Part shown: positions 1-8,851 of the stretch, one piece after another | How positions within the stretch are numbered: position 1 is the first letter of the stretch | How the letters are laid out: the number at the start of each line of letters is the position of its first letter | Origin: Candidatus Daviesbacteria bacterium | GTDB lineage: Bacteria; Patescibacteriota; Microgenomatia; Daviesbacterales; UBA10151 | Direction: 5' to 3' | DNA length: 64,000 nucleotides | Assembly (NCBI GenBank): GCA_016176415.1 | Contig: JACOXH010000003.1 | Location: forward strand, 12,419-76,418 | Program-made: the position numbers and the translations under genes | Notes under the pieces: generated by a model | The model's database searches: none | What the model was told of the DNA's origin: nothing | What the model saw: only the letters and a program-made list of their open reading frames with translations

Positions 1-1025
1 AAACTTCAAAACTAAGAGAACAAAGAAGAATAATTGTGGAACTGCCGGGGATAAAAGATGCCTCCGTTGCAGCCAGTTTGGTGGGAAAAACAGCGCAGCT
101 GGATTTTAGGGAACTTTCCCCGGAGGCAGAACAATCTGAAGCGACTCTTTCTGGTGTTCCTCTCGCGGCTTTAACAAAGTCCACGGGATTAACAGGGGCA
201 GATTTGAAAAAAGCTGAGGTGACTTTCGGGTCAGGAGGAGGAAAAAGCGGGCCGCAGGTGGCAATAGAATTTACCTCTGAAGGCAGCAAAAAATTTGCAG
301 AAATTACCAAAAGAAACGTGGGCAAACCATTGTGCATATTTTTAGACGATATTCCTGTACAGGATGGGTGTCCTACAGTTGAGCAGGAAATTATCGGAGG
401 TAGCGCCGTAATAACAGGTCAATTTACTACCCAGCAAACAAAGGAGCTGGCAGTTCAGCTTAATGCAGGCGCTTTGCCTGTCCCAATTAAAATTATTGAA
501 CAGCACTCTATTGGACCAACATTGGGTCAGGAGTCGGTAAATAAAAGTTTAGTTGCAGGTATTATTGGTCTTGGGATAGTTGCCTTATATATGGCAGCTT
601 ATTATGGTTTGTTGGGACTAATTGCAGATGCAGCTTTAATTATCTATACGCTTTTGGTTTTGGCAATTTTTAAAACAGGTTTATTTTTACTTCCTCCTGT
701 AACTTTAACTTTGGCAGGAATTGCCGGATTTATTTTATCAATCGGAATGGCGGTTGATGCAAATATTTTAATTTTTGAAAGAATGAAAGAAGAGATCAGG
801 TGGGGTAAAAGTAAGCAGATGGCTTTAGAGTTAGGGTTTAAAAGGGCTTGGGTATCAATTTGGGCCTCCAATGTTTCATCTCTTATGACCGCTGCAATTT
901 TAATTGGGATGGGAACATCTTTGATCCGCGGATTTGCCATAACTTTAACGATAGGAGTATTGGTATCAATGTTTACAAGTTATATAGTAACCAGAACTTT
1001 TTTAAGATTGATAATAAAGTATTAG
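1..1025 (+). CDS. secD: Protein translocase subunit SecD (5'-truncated by window edge)
   Basis: VELPG, LNAGALPVP, IGPTLGQES and GMAVDANILIFER motifs; reading frame is open back to the window start. Confidence 0.95.
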   Translation, partial: TSKLREQRRIIVELPGIKDASVAASLVGKTAQLDFRELSPEAEQSEATLSGVPLAALTKSTGLTGADLKKAEVTFGSGGGKSGPQVAIEFTSEGSKKFAEITKRNVGKPLCIFLDDIPVQDGCPTVEQEIIGGSAVITGQFTTQQTKELAVQLNAGALPVPIKIIEQHSIGPTLGQESVNKSLVAGIIGLGIVALYMAAYYGLLGLIADAALIIYTLLVLAIFKTGLFLLPPVTLTLAGIAGFILSIGMAVDANILIFERMKEEIRWGKSKQMALELGFKRAWVSIWASNVSSLMTAAILIGMGTSLIRGFAITLTIGVLVSMFTSYIVTRTFLRLIIKY

Positions 1026-1026
1026 T

Positions 1027-1899
1027 ATGAAATTTAAAATAAAAAAACCACACTTTGAATATTTAAAAAATAAATGGGAATTGCGTCATCAGGCTATTCA
1101 AAATAATTTTTGGGATAATCATGGTCAGTCTTTAAAGCATCTGGCAATTGGTTCTTTAGGAGGGTTAATGCTGTTGTCTTCACCGGTTCATAAAGAGTTG
1201 TCTCCTCCTCATTTGGCTGTCAGTCGTGATGATGTAATGAGGGGTTTTGATAAAAATGTGCTTTTGGCTCAAATTTTGGCAGAAACTGTGCCCACAGAAG
1301 TAAGACCTTTAACTTCTGATGAAGAGAAAGAAATAACTGAAGTTTTATCCAAAAATTTTGGCTTTAAAGTTACGGTAGAAATGGATGATATAAAGCTTAA
1401 CAGAAACTATGGTTTGATTGGAGGGGAGCAGCATTTATATAGATACCCCGGTGATAATTTATACGCTCACGCAGATACTACTTCTGATTGGGCAAAATAC
1501 GGGGGTTCTGGGATTGCGCCGGGATTGGGAGCATGGGGACATTTTGCTTATTCAAAAGAAAATTTTACTCCTCAGGATAAGCTTAGAGAGCGTTATTATC
1601 TGGCAATACAGACATTTTTAGCGCCGGGTTTTGCAGAAAATTTTGCCAAATACAGGGATTTTTTCAAATACAGAAAAATGCTGGTAGTCAACGCTAAAAC
1701 CGGTCAGGCAGTAGTGGCAGTAATAGGTGATGCAGGACCTGCAGAGTGGACGGGAAAACATCTGGGAGGGTCACCGGAAGTAATGGATTATTTAGGACTT
1801 GCCCAGGGACCAAGAAAAGGGGCAGTGCTATACTTTTTTATTGATGACCCAAAAGACGAAGTGCCTTTGGGTCCGGTGAAAGTGAGGAGCGAGGCCTGA
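1027..1899 (+). CDS. Hypothetical protein with a possible C-terminal RlpA-like double-psi beta-barrel
   Basis: 290-aa ORF; GQAVVAVIGDAGPAEWTGKHLGGSPEVMDYLG resembles the DPBB V.V.D.GP...DLS..A...LG pattern. Confidence 0.55.
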   Translation: MKFKIKKPHFEYLKNKWELRHQAIQNNFWDNHGQSLKHLAIGSLGGLMLLSSPVHKELSPPHLAVSRDDVMRGFDKNVLLAQILAETVPTEVRPLTSDEEKEITEVLSKNFGFKVTVEMDDIKLNRNYGLIGGEQHLYRYPGDNLYAHADTTSDWAKYGGSGIAPGLGAWGHFAYSKENFTPQDKLRERYYLAIQTFLAPGFAENFAKYRDFFKYRKMLVVNAKTGQAVVAVIGDAGPAEWTGKHLGGSPEVMDYLGLAQGPRKGAVLYFFIDDPKDEVPLGPVKVRSEA

Positions 1900-2237
1900 T
1901 GAAAAATATTTTCTTTTATACACATTTGATTGAAATAGAATCTGTAACCAGAGAACTTGATCAGTTGGATTTATCACAAGAAGAGCGCCATCATTTGGCC
2001 CACCTGGTTGACTCCAGTATCCATCACACTATTTTGGATGCAATCTTTTCTAAATTATCTGAAACTGATAAAAAAGTTTTTCTAAATTACTTAAAAGATG
2101 ATGATCATCAAAAAATTTGGAATTTTTTAAATGAAAAAACAGAAAATATTGAAAGTAGTATAAAAGAAGCAGCTCAGGAGTTAAAAGAACAGTTAAGAAA
2201 AGATATTAAAGAGGCAAAACTAAGAGGAAAAATATGA
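1899..2237 (+). CDS. Hypothetical helical protein
   Basis: 112-aa ORF overlapping the stop/start codons of both neighbours. Confidence 0.7.
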   Translation: MKNIFFYTHLIEIESVTRELDQLDLSQEERHHLAHLVDSSIHHTILDAIFSKLSETDKKVFLNYLKDDDHQKIWNFLNEKTENIESSIKEAAQELKEQLRKDIKEAKLRGKI

Positions 2238-3121
2238 ATAATTTAATGCGGTACAAAACTTTATATTTTATTCTGTCTTTGCTAATTATTCTGCCGGGCC
2301 TTTATTATTTGGTAACTTCAGGAGTGAAGCTGGGAATAGATTTTACAGGTGGGGCATTGCTTGAATATCAGTTTGAAAAAAGCATAAATTCAGATGAGTT
2401 AAAAAAAGAGATATCAAATAGGGGTATTGAAGTAGGTCAGGTTACTTCTTCATCTGAGAATACTTATATTATCAGAACAAAACCTATGGAGCAGGAGAAG
2501 ATAGGTAAATTAAAGTCTGATCTTAGTGAAAAATTTGGCAAGATAGAGGAGAGAAGAATAGAATTTGTAGGGCCTGTGATCGGTTCAGAATTAAGACAAA
2601 AAGCAGTAATTGGTATTGTGCTGGCCTCAATAGTGATAGTTTTGTATATTGCTTACTCTTTCAGAAAAATACCCAGACCTCAATCATCATGGCGTTTTGG
2701 GGTAGCAGCTGTACTGGCTTTAGTTCATGATATTTTGGTAGTGGCAGGAGCTTTTGCAATTTTAGGGCATTTTGCAGGAGTAGAAGTTGATACTTTGTTT
2801 GTAACAGCGCTTTTAACAATAATTGGTTTTTCTGTTCATGACACAATTGTGGTGTTTGACAGAATCAGGGAGAATTTGACAAAACACATAGGCAGGAAAT
2901 TCGTGGATGTAGCAAATCTTTCTATAGTTCAAACTATTGGCAGATCTTTAAACACGTCCTTAACCGTAGTATTTGTACTTCTTGCCCTGCTTTTATTTGG
3001 AGGAGAAAGCTTAAGGTGGTTTGTGGTGGCTTTGCTTGTAGGTATCGTTTCGGGAACTTATTCTTCAATTTTTAACGCCACAGCAATGCTTGTCTGGTGG
3101 GAAGAGCGGTTGGGTCATTAA
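2234..3121 (+). CDS. secF: Protein translocase subunit SecF
   Basis: LGIDFTGG, VGPVIGSEL, GFSVHDTIVVFDRIREN and GTYSSIF motifs. Confidence 0.95.
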   Translation: MNNLMRYKTLYFILSLLIILPGLYYLVTSGVKLGIDFTGGALLEYQFEKSINSDELKKEISNRGIEVGQVTSSSENTYIIRTKPMEQEKIGKLKSDLSEKFGKIEERRIEFVGPVIGSELRQKAVIGIVLASIVIVLYIAYSFRKIPRPQSSWRFGVAAVLALVHDILVVAGAFAILGHFAGVEVDTLFVTALLTIIGFSVHDTIVVFDRIRENLTKHIGRKFVDVANLSIVQTIGRSLNTSLTVVFVLLALLLFGGESLRWFVVALLVGIVSGTYSSIFNATAMLVWWEERLGH

Positions 3122-4539
3122 GCGAGCTCTTTTATTCTGTTTAATAAGTAATCTTTATTGTTTTTTTCAGCGTTTTCTAAAACTTCTTCAAAAAGTTTTT
3201 GTAAAATTTCACCAATTTTAGGACCGGATTTAATATTTAATACCTCCATTATATCATTACCGTTTACTTTTAAATCTGAAATAGAAAATGGTTTTTGTAA
3301 AACCTGTTTAATTCTTTCATTGAATTTTTCCATTCTCCAAGAGACCGCTCTTTGTGTGCCTCCCCCCAGTCTGTCACCTATTCTCACTGCCATCATATCC
3401 TCAATATTTTCCAGCCCCACGTTATTAATAAAACGCCTGATGGCAGAATCAGTTTGATTTTCATCTACTGTAAAAAGATGCCATCTGACTAATTTGTATA
3501 ATTTATCAGTTTGTTTTTTGGATAAATTAAATCTTTGGGCAATTTGTAAAACTAACCTTCCTCCGTAAACATCATGGTTGTAAAAGGTAACATTGCCATC
3601 GCTTTCAGTTTTGACAGTTTGCACTTTGCCGATATCGTGTAAAAGTGCAGCTAATCTGACTAGGGAATTTTTTGATGGAGTATGCTGTAAAGTCATCAGA
3701 GAGTGTTCTCCTATATCGTAAACTCTGTCATGCTTGGGTCCTTGCTGCACAATACCAAAACATCTTTCCAGCTCAGGTAAAATAATTTGCAATATTCCTG
3801 CCTCCCTTAATTTGTTGATACCCTCAAGAGGGTTCTCAGCTGATAAAATTTTAAATAACTCATTTCTTACCCTTTCTTTTGCAATTTCCTCAATAAGTCC
3901 TGCATTTTCTTTTATTGCTTCAAAAGTTTTAATTTCTATCTCAAACTTTAATTGAGTAGCAATCCTTATTGCTCTTATCAACCTTAAGGCATCTTCTTTA
4001 AACCGATCATTGGGATTTCCAACAGTGCGAATGATTTTATCATGTATGTCTTTTTCTCCATGATAAGGATCTATGAGAGTCAAGTCGCTAGAATCTAGAG
4101 TCAAAGAGTTTATTTTCCTAGACTCTTGACTCTTGACTCTTGACTCTATACCCAAAGCAATAGCATTAATAGTAAAATCCCGTCTGGCTAAATCCTCTTC
4201 AATTTTATCAGTCCAGCCAACCTGGGCAGGGTGACGGAAATCTTTATAGTCACCCTCCTTCCTCATGGTAGTGACTTCGAAAACTTCCACCTCGGGGGAG
4301 TCAAAGCCCACCCCCGAGGTGTTCTTCGTCGGTATTCCCACAGTGCCGAATTTATTGTCGTAAAAGCCTTCAGGGATAATTTTTAAAATTTCCTCTGGTT
4401 TGGCATCAGTAGTAAAGTCCCAGTCGTTAACTTCTTTACCCATTAAAATGTCTCTGACTGCCCCTCCGACAATGTAAATTTGAAAACCGGCTTTTTGAAA
4501 CTTATTTAAAATATCTTCTACTTCTTTAGGTAAGTGCAT
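3118..4539 (-). CDS. cca: CCA tRNA nucleotidyltransferase / poly(A) polymerase family with HD domain; carries two repeat insertions
   Basis: VGGAVRD, DWDFTT, DLARRDFTINA, EDALRLIRA and LLHDIGK motifs. Confidence 0.9.
   Translation of the reverse strand: MHLPKEVEDILNKFQKAGFQIYIVGGAVRDILMGKEVNDWDFTTDAKPEEILKIIPEGFYDNKFGTVGIPTKNTSGVGFDSPEVEVFEVTTMRKEGDYKDFRHPAQVGWTDKIEEDLARRDFTINAIALGIESRVKSQESRKINSLTLDSSDLTLIDPYHGEKDIHDKIIRTVGNPNDRFKEDALRLIRAIRIATQLKFEIEIKTFEAIKENAGLIEEIAKERVRNELFKILSAENPLEGINKLREAGILQIILPELERCFGIVQQGPKHDRVYDIGEHSLMTLQHTPSKNSLVRLAALLHDIGKVQTVKTESDGNVTFYNHDVYGGRLVLQIAQRFNLSKKQTDKLYKLVRWHLFTVDENQTDSAIRRFINNVGLENIEDMMAVRIGDRLGGGTQRAVSWRMEKFNERIKQVLQKPFSISDLKVNGNDIMEVLNIKSGPKIGEILQKLFEEVLENAEKNNKDYLLNRIKELA
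4076..4147. repeat. Heptamer tandem repeat (GACTCTT)n with degenerate inverted partners, in-frame inside cca
   Basis: gactctt x3 plus gactct at 4121-4147 and agagtcaa copies at about 4077-4109; encodes ESRVKSQESRKINSLTLDSSDLTL. Confidence 0.75.
4283..4321 (+). repeat. REPIN-like 34-bp hairpin (family A, 4288-4321), in-frame inside cca
   Basis: CACCTCGGGGG-AGTCAAAGCCCA-CCCCCGAGGTG; 4282-4298 is the exact reverse complement of 59007-59023 beside the RAYT gene. Confidence 0.85.
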
Positions 4540-4546
4540 ATATTTA

Positions 4547-4587
4547 TGGATCCCATAACGAGTATGGGATGACAGTTACACTGTCAT
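4547..4587 (-). repeat. GTCAT-tagged palindromic REP-like element between cca and recJ
   Basis: Minus strand TGTCATCCCATACTCGTTATGGGATCCA, followed on the plus strand by ATGACAG-ttaca-CTGTCAT. Confidence 0.55.
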
Positions 4588-4605
4588 TTTACCCCGTAGC
4601 TGTCT

Positions 4606-6282
4606 ATGATACAATGCAGCTTGCAAAGGAAACTAAAAGTGAAGTGGAGAATACTGCCAAAAAAGTCAGATAGTTTAACAGAGCAGCTTTTGATAAACCG
4701 CGGTATAAAGAGCGAAAAGGAAATAAAACAATTTTTTAACCCCAGGATTTCAGATTTTGAAAAAGATTTACAAATCCCCGGTACTTCAAAAGCGCATAAA
4801 AGAATTCTGGAGGCAATAAAAAAAGAGGAACTGATAGCAGTGTATGGAGATTATGATGTAGACGGGATTTGCGCCTCGGCAATTTTGTATAAGGGTTTAA
4901 CATCAATTGGGGCAAAAGTCCTACCGTATATTCCTCACAGAGATAAAGAAGGGTATGGACTTTCTGTTACCGGACTTGATTCCATTAAACTGTCAGGCGC
5001 AAAGTTGGTAATTACTGTAGATAACGGGATTGTAGCAGTAGAACAGGCAAAATATGCTAAAAGTTTAGGACTGGATTTAATTATTACAGATCATCATATC
5101 CCGGGTGATCAGGAGCCTGATGCTTATGCAATAGTTCATTCAACAAAAATGTGTGGGGCCTCTGTGGCATGGTGTTTAACCCGTGACCTTATTAAAGAAG
5201 ATTTATCAGAGGAGCTTTTACAATTTGCAGCCATAGCTACAGTTTGTGATCTTTTGCCTTTGGTGGGTTTAGGCAGGGGATTCGTCACAGAAGGTCTTAA
5301 GGTTTTAAGAAGCACCACTAATCCCGGGATATTGGCACTTTTGAATGAAGCGGGTGTATCGGTTGGAAATATCAGCTCTTTTGAAATAGGTTTTATACTA
5401 GGTCCAAGACTTAATGCTATGGGCAGAATGGAGCATGCCATAGATTCTCTGCGTCTGCTTTGCACCAAAGATCCGGTTAAGGCAAGAAGTTTGGCAAAGC
5501 TTTTGTGTAATACCAACGCCAGTCGTCAAAAATTAACAACAGAGGCTTTGGAAGAAGCTAAAGAGATGGTTAAAAAAGACAGCAAAATTCATATTTTATA
5601 CTCAAAAAACTGGTCAGCAGGAATCATAGGACTCGTGGCAGGGAGGGTTTGTGAAGAATACTCGCTACCTGCAATTGCCATTTCAGTAGGGGAAGAAATT
5701 TCCAAAGGTTCGGCCCGTTCTGTTGACGGTATCAATATTGTGGAAGTAATCAGGAAGCATGCTGATATTTTAATTGATGTAGGAGGACACAAAGGGGCAG
5801 CAGGATTTTCTATTTTAAGCAAACATTTAGAAACTTTTAAAAAAAGATTAGAGCAGATAGTTTTGACAGTGCCGGAAGAGAAGGTTTTGGAAATTGATGC
5901 TGAGGTTTATAGCAGTCAGTTAAATAAAACTTTAATAAAAGAGCTGGAGAAATTTGAGCCTTTTGGACTGGATAACAGAAGGCCTGTGTTTGTTTCATTT
6001 AACATGAAAGTATCAGATATCAGAACTGTGGGGAATGGAAAACATTTGAAATTTAAAATTTCTTCCTGTCATTCTGAGCACATTTGCTTCGCTCAGTGTA
6101 AACTCCGCGAAGAATCTAATTATATTGATGCTATAGCATTTGGCATGGGAGAGTGGGAAAAGCTGCTTAAGACAGGACAGATGATAGATTTAGCTTTCAA
6201 TATAGAACTTGATACTTATGGTGGATTTGAAAAAGTGCAATTAAAAGTTAAGGACTTGAGAGTGGGGCAGTTTGGAGTGTAG
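4606..6282 (+). CDS. recJ: ssDNA exonuclease RecJ
   Basis: YGDYDVDG, ITVDNG, TDHH, GSARS and GGHKGAAG DHH/DHHA1 motifs plus C-terminal OB fold; exact start uncertain. Confidence 0.95.
   Translation: MIQCSLQRKLKVKWRILPKKSDSLTEQLLINRGIKSEKEIKQFFNPRISDFEKDLQIPGTSKAHKRILEAIKKEELIAVYGDYDVDGICASAILYKGLTSIGAKVLPYIPHRDKEGYGLSVTGLDSIKLSGAKLVITVDNGIVAVEQAKYAKSLGLDLIITDHHIPGDQEPDAYAIVHSTKMCGASVAWCLTRDLIKEDLSEELLQFAAIATVCDLLPLVGLGRGFVTEGLKVLRSTTNPGILALLNEAGVSVGNISSFEIGFILGPRLNAMGRMEHAIDSLRLLCTKDPVKARSLAKLLCNTNASRQKLTTEALEEAKEMVKKDSKIHILYSKNWSAGIIGLVAGRVCEEYSLPAIAISVGEEISKGSARSVDGINIVEVIRKHADILIDVGGHKGAAGFSILSKHLETFKKRLEQIVLTVPEEKVLEIDAEVYSSQLNKTLIKELEKFEPFGLDNRRPVFVSFNMKVSDIRTVGNGKHLKFKISSCHSEHICFAQCKLREESNYIDAIAFGMGEWEKLLKTGQMIDLAFNIELDTYGGFEKVQLKVKDLRVGQFGV
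6067..6117 (+). repeat. Family B palindromic element with a nested insert, in-frame in recJ
   Basis: TGTCATTCTGAGC-[acatttgcttcgctcagtgtaaactcc]-GCGAAGAATCT; encodes CHSEHICFAQCKLREES between KHLKFKI and IDAIAFG. Confidence 0.8.
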
Positions 6283-7923
6283 TATGACAGTTTGTGCAAA
6301 AGCTGCTTCTTCAGGAGTTTGTGAAGACGCTGCTCTTTTGGGTAATCGCAGATCTAAAATAAGCGGACGGGGAGTTGAAAGCATTTCGTCGCAGGCGAGC
6401 GCTAAATCGTAGCAGGTACGCACCGTCCTTCCTTCTATGCCGTAAGTTGCCCCTAAAGCCGGAAAGTCAGGGTTTGTAAGGTCAGTTAACGAAGAATCAA
6501 CTCCAAATTCTCTGATCATGCCGTAGCCGCAGTCATTGTAGATTACTATTTTAACAGGTAGTTGGTATTGCATTATTGTGCCTAATTCCTGTATATTCAT
6601 CTGGAAGCCTCCGTCTCCCATTATCGCTATAATTCTTCTATCCGGAGAAGCAATTTGTGCACCTATGGCAGCCGGTAGAGCAAAGCCCATTGTTCCCATG
6701 CCTCCTGTGGTAATAAAGCTGCCGGGTCGTCTGAATCTGCCATACCGCGCAACTGACATTTGATGTGAGCCGGCATCGGATACAATGGTGTCGGTATCCA
6801 AAGTGTTTTCAAAAAGTAAGTTGGTTGCATCAGTTATTGTCAGATCATTATCTCCGGCTAACATTTTTCTGGTTTCCGTCATCGAAGAACTGTCGCTAAT
6901 ATAATTATCGAGCGGTTTTTCTATTGCCTGTTCTGCAAGGACAGGGAGTGCCAGTGCTAAATCTGCTCTGATCGTTAATCTGTCTCCCCTTCTTCTGTTA
7001 AGTCGGTTTGAGTCAATATCAATACGGATAATATCAGCCAGTCTGGTAGAATCAAGAATTTTTCCACTGACCCGATCGTCAAATTTCATACCAAGAGCTA
7101 AAATTACATCAGCTTCCTGCGCCAGTAAATTTGCTACCGGTCGTCCGTGTGTTCCTATCATGCCGACAAACAAAGGATGGTCAGAAGGTAAAGCAGATAA
7201 TCCATGAAGTGTGCTGGCTACACGAATTTGAGTTTTTTCAGTAAGCCTCCTAAGGTCAGAGACAGCTCCGGATAATAAGACTCCCTGACCTGTAATAATT
7301 AAAGGATTTTGGGCGTCATGCAGTATTTGGGCTGCTTCTTTCAGTTGTGCGTGTATTTCAGGAGTAAGTTCCGGTTTATCTGCTTTGGGAGGTATTTCTT
7401 TTTCAGGGAATAAAGTTTCGTGTATCTGCAGATCTTTTGGTATATCAATAAGTACCGGTCCCGGACGGCCATTGGTTGCAATTGTAAAAGCTTTATCCAA
7501 AACATAGGGAATTTCTTCCGGAATTTTAATCTGATAGCTCCATTTTGTGATATGACCTGACATTTCTACAATAGGAGCTTCCTGAAATGCTTCAGTTCCA
7601 AGTAACGATGTTGGTACCTGACCACAGATTACAATGATAGGTGTTGAGTCCCATTGTGCATCGGCAATTGCTGTTAGAGTATTAATTGCACCAGGACCTG
7701 AAGTTACCAATCCTACCCCCACTTTTCTTGCTTCTCGGGCATACCCTGAAAGGGCATGACCAAGTCCCTGCTCATGGCGGAATAAAAAACGATTTATCCT
7801 GTTGGATATCAAAGCCTCGCAGATAGGCAAATTTGCTGCTCCGGGTATCAGAAAAACATCTTTTATGTCGTGTTCCTTAAGAGTGTTTACTAAAGCTTCG
7901 GCTCCCGTTAGAGTGCGCCCCAA
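6241..7923 (-). CDS. ilvB: Acetolactate synthase large subunit-like TPP enzyme
   Basis: LTGAEALV, RHEQG, TSGPGA, GRPGPVLIDIPKD, GMGTMGFALPAAIGA and GDGGFQMNIQEL motifs. Confidence 0.85.
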   Translation of the reverse strand: MGRTLTGAEALVNTLKEHDIKDVFLIPGAANLPICEALISNRINRFLFRHEQGLGHALSGYAREARKVGVGLVTSGPGAINTLTAIADAQWDSTPIIVICGQVPTSLLGTEAFQEAPIVEMSGHITKWSYQIKIPEEIPYVLDKAFTIATNGRPGPVLIDIPKDLQIHETLFPEKEIPPKADKPELTPEIHAQLKEAAQILHDAQNPLIITGQGVLLSGAVSDLRRLTEKTQIRVASTLHGLSALPSDHPLFVGMIGTHGRPVANLLAQEADVILALGMKFDDRVSGKILDSTRLADIIRIDIDSNRLNRRRGDRLTIRADLALALPVLAEQAIEKPLDNYISDSSSMTETRKMLAGDNDLTITDATNLLFENTLDTDTIVSDAGSHQMSVARYGRFRRPGSFITTGGMGTMGFALPAAIGAQIASPDRRIIAIMGDGGFQMNIQELGTIMQYQLPVKIVIYNDCGYGMIREFGVDSSLTDLTNPDFPALGATYGIEGRTVRTCYDLALACDEMLSTPRPLILDLRLPKRAASSQTPEEAAFAQTVILHSKLPHSQVLNF

Positions 7924-8048
7924 TGTTTCTTGTGTAATATTAAACTCCTTAGCAGTTAGGACAAACGGGCATTAAAGCGGCAAAAGCGGAATCTCTTTTC
8001 TCGGCAAGATTAAGAAGAAAACAAAGTTTTTTGAACCTTGTAATATAC

Positions 8049-8078
8049 ATTCTACTTACAAAATTATCTATTTGTCAA
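8049..8078 (-). promoter_or_regulatory. Sigma70 promoter for ilvB
   Basis: TTGACA (8078-8073), 18-nt spacer, TAGAAT (8054-8049). Confidence 0.65.
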
Positions 8079-8233
8079 TAGATAATCTCACAAAAATTCT
8101 ATCTTGCTAGAGGTGTTACTGATGGGTTATTTAATGTCATAAGCAGCTAGTGTTTCCGGACTGTCAACGTGTATAGATGTACACCTATGGTACCTGGTCT
8201 TAGTTCTATGCTTTTCATTGTAAACAGCCCCTT

Positions 8234-8617
8234 TCAAATTAATGTATGTACATTATTAATTGGATTTATTGTATTAATAAAGCAACTAACAGCTTGCGCA
8301 GAATTAACACGATCTTCTAATTTAGCAATCATTTTTGATAAGGCTCTGCCTGTCTTTCTTGAAGGATTTTCTGTAACAGAAGCAGTTTTTATAGCAACTT
8401 TAGATACTAAATCAGGATTAACATGATAATTTTGTCTCTGATCTGCTACTAAGGTAGCGATGAGTTTGCCCAATTTTCGATCATGAAATCGCTCTATAGG
8501 GGATAGAGCAACAATATGAACTTCTTTGTGCGTTTCTTCCTTTTCAATAGCAGTAGGACAGGTTGTAACTACCTTTAAAGGTGAAACTGTTTCTCGTTCT
8601 AATGCTAAAACTGGCAT
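8234..8617 (-). CDS. Hypothetical protein downstream of the Leu-rich attenuator
   Basis: 127-aa ORF with a GAGG ribosome-binding site directly after the terminator. Confidence 0.6.
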   Translation of the reverse strand: MPVLALERETVSPLKVVTTCPTAIEKEETHKEVHIVALSPIERFHDRKLGKLIATLVADQRQNYHVNPDLVSKVAIKTASVTENPSRKTGRALSKMIAKLEDRVNSAQAVSCFINTINPINNVHTLI

Positions 8618-8628
8618 ATTTTTTCCTC

Positions 8629-8654
8629 AAAAAAACCTCCCGTTTGGGAGGCTT
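8629..8654 (-). terminator. Attenuator terminator (Leu leader)
   Basis: AAGCCTCCC-AAAC-GGGAGGTTTTTTT. Confidence 0.85.
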
Positions 8655-8680
8655 AAAATTCCTTTCTTTTTAGATTAATT

Positions 8681-8785
8681 TTATCTAAAAAGGCCTCCCA
8701 GAGTTGCTCCTAAAAGGAGCACTGTAAGGAGGACTAAACCTAAATTTTCTACTCTTTTTAAATCAATACTAATTACTTTTGACAT
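8681..8785 (-). CDS. Leu-rich attenuator leader peptide, 34 aa (not in ORF track)
   Basis: MSKVISIDLKRVENLGLVLLTVLLLGATLGGLFR*; 10 Leu; contains the antiterminator segment TGGGAGGC. Confidence 0.8.
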   Translation of the reverse strand: MSKVISIDLKRVENLGLVLLTVLLLGATLGGLFR

Positions 8786-8814
8786 ATAATTTCCCCAAAG
8801 GGTTTAAGATTATT

Positions 8815-8843
8815 ATTCTAAGTACAGTTTAACACTTTGTCAA
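8815..8843 (-). promoter_or_regulatory. Sigma70 promoter for the Leu leader
   Basis: TTGACA (8843-8838), 17-nt spacer, TAGAAT (8820-8815). Confidence 0.8.
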
Positions 8844-8851
8844 TGTTTATT

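Noticed and set aside
7949-8050. 33-aa upstream ORF (MYITRFKKLCFLLNL...) as an ilvB leader peptide
   Set aside because: Its ATG overlaps the predicted -10 box, so it would not be transcribed; there is no strong Ile/Leu/Val run and no terminator hairpin
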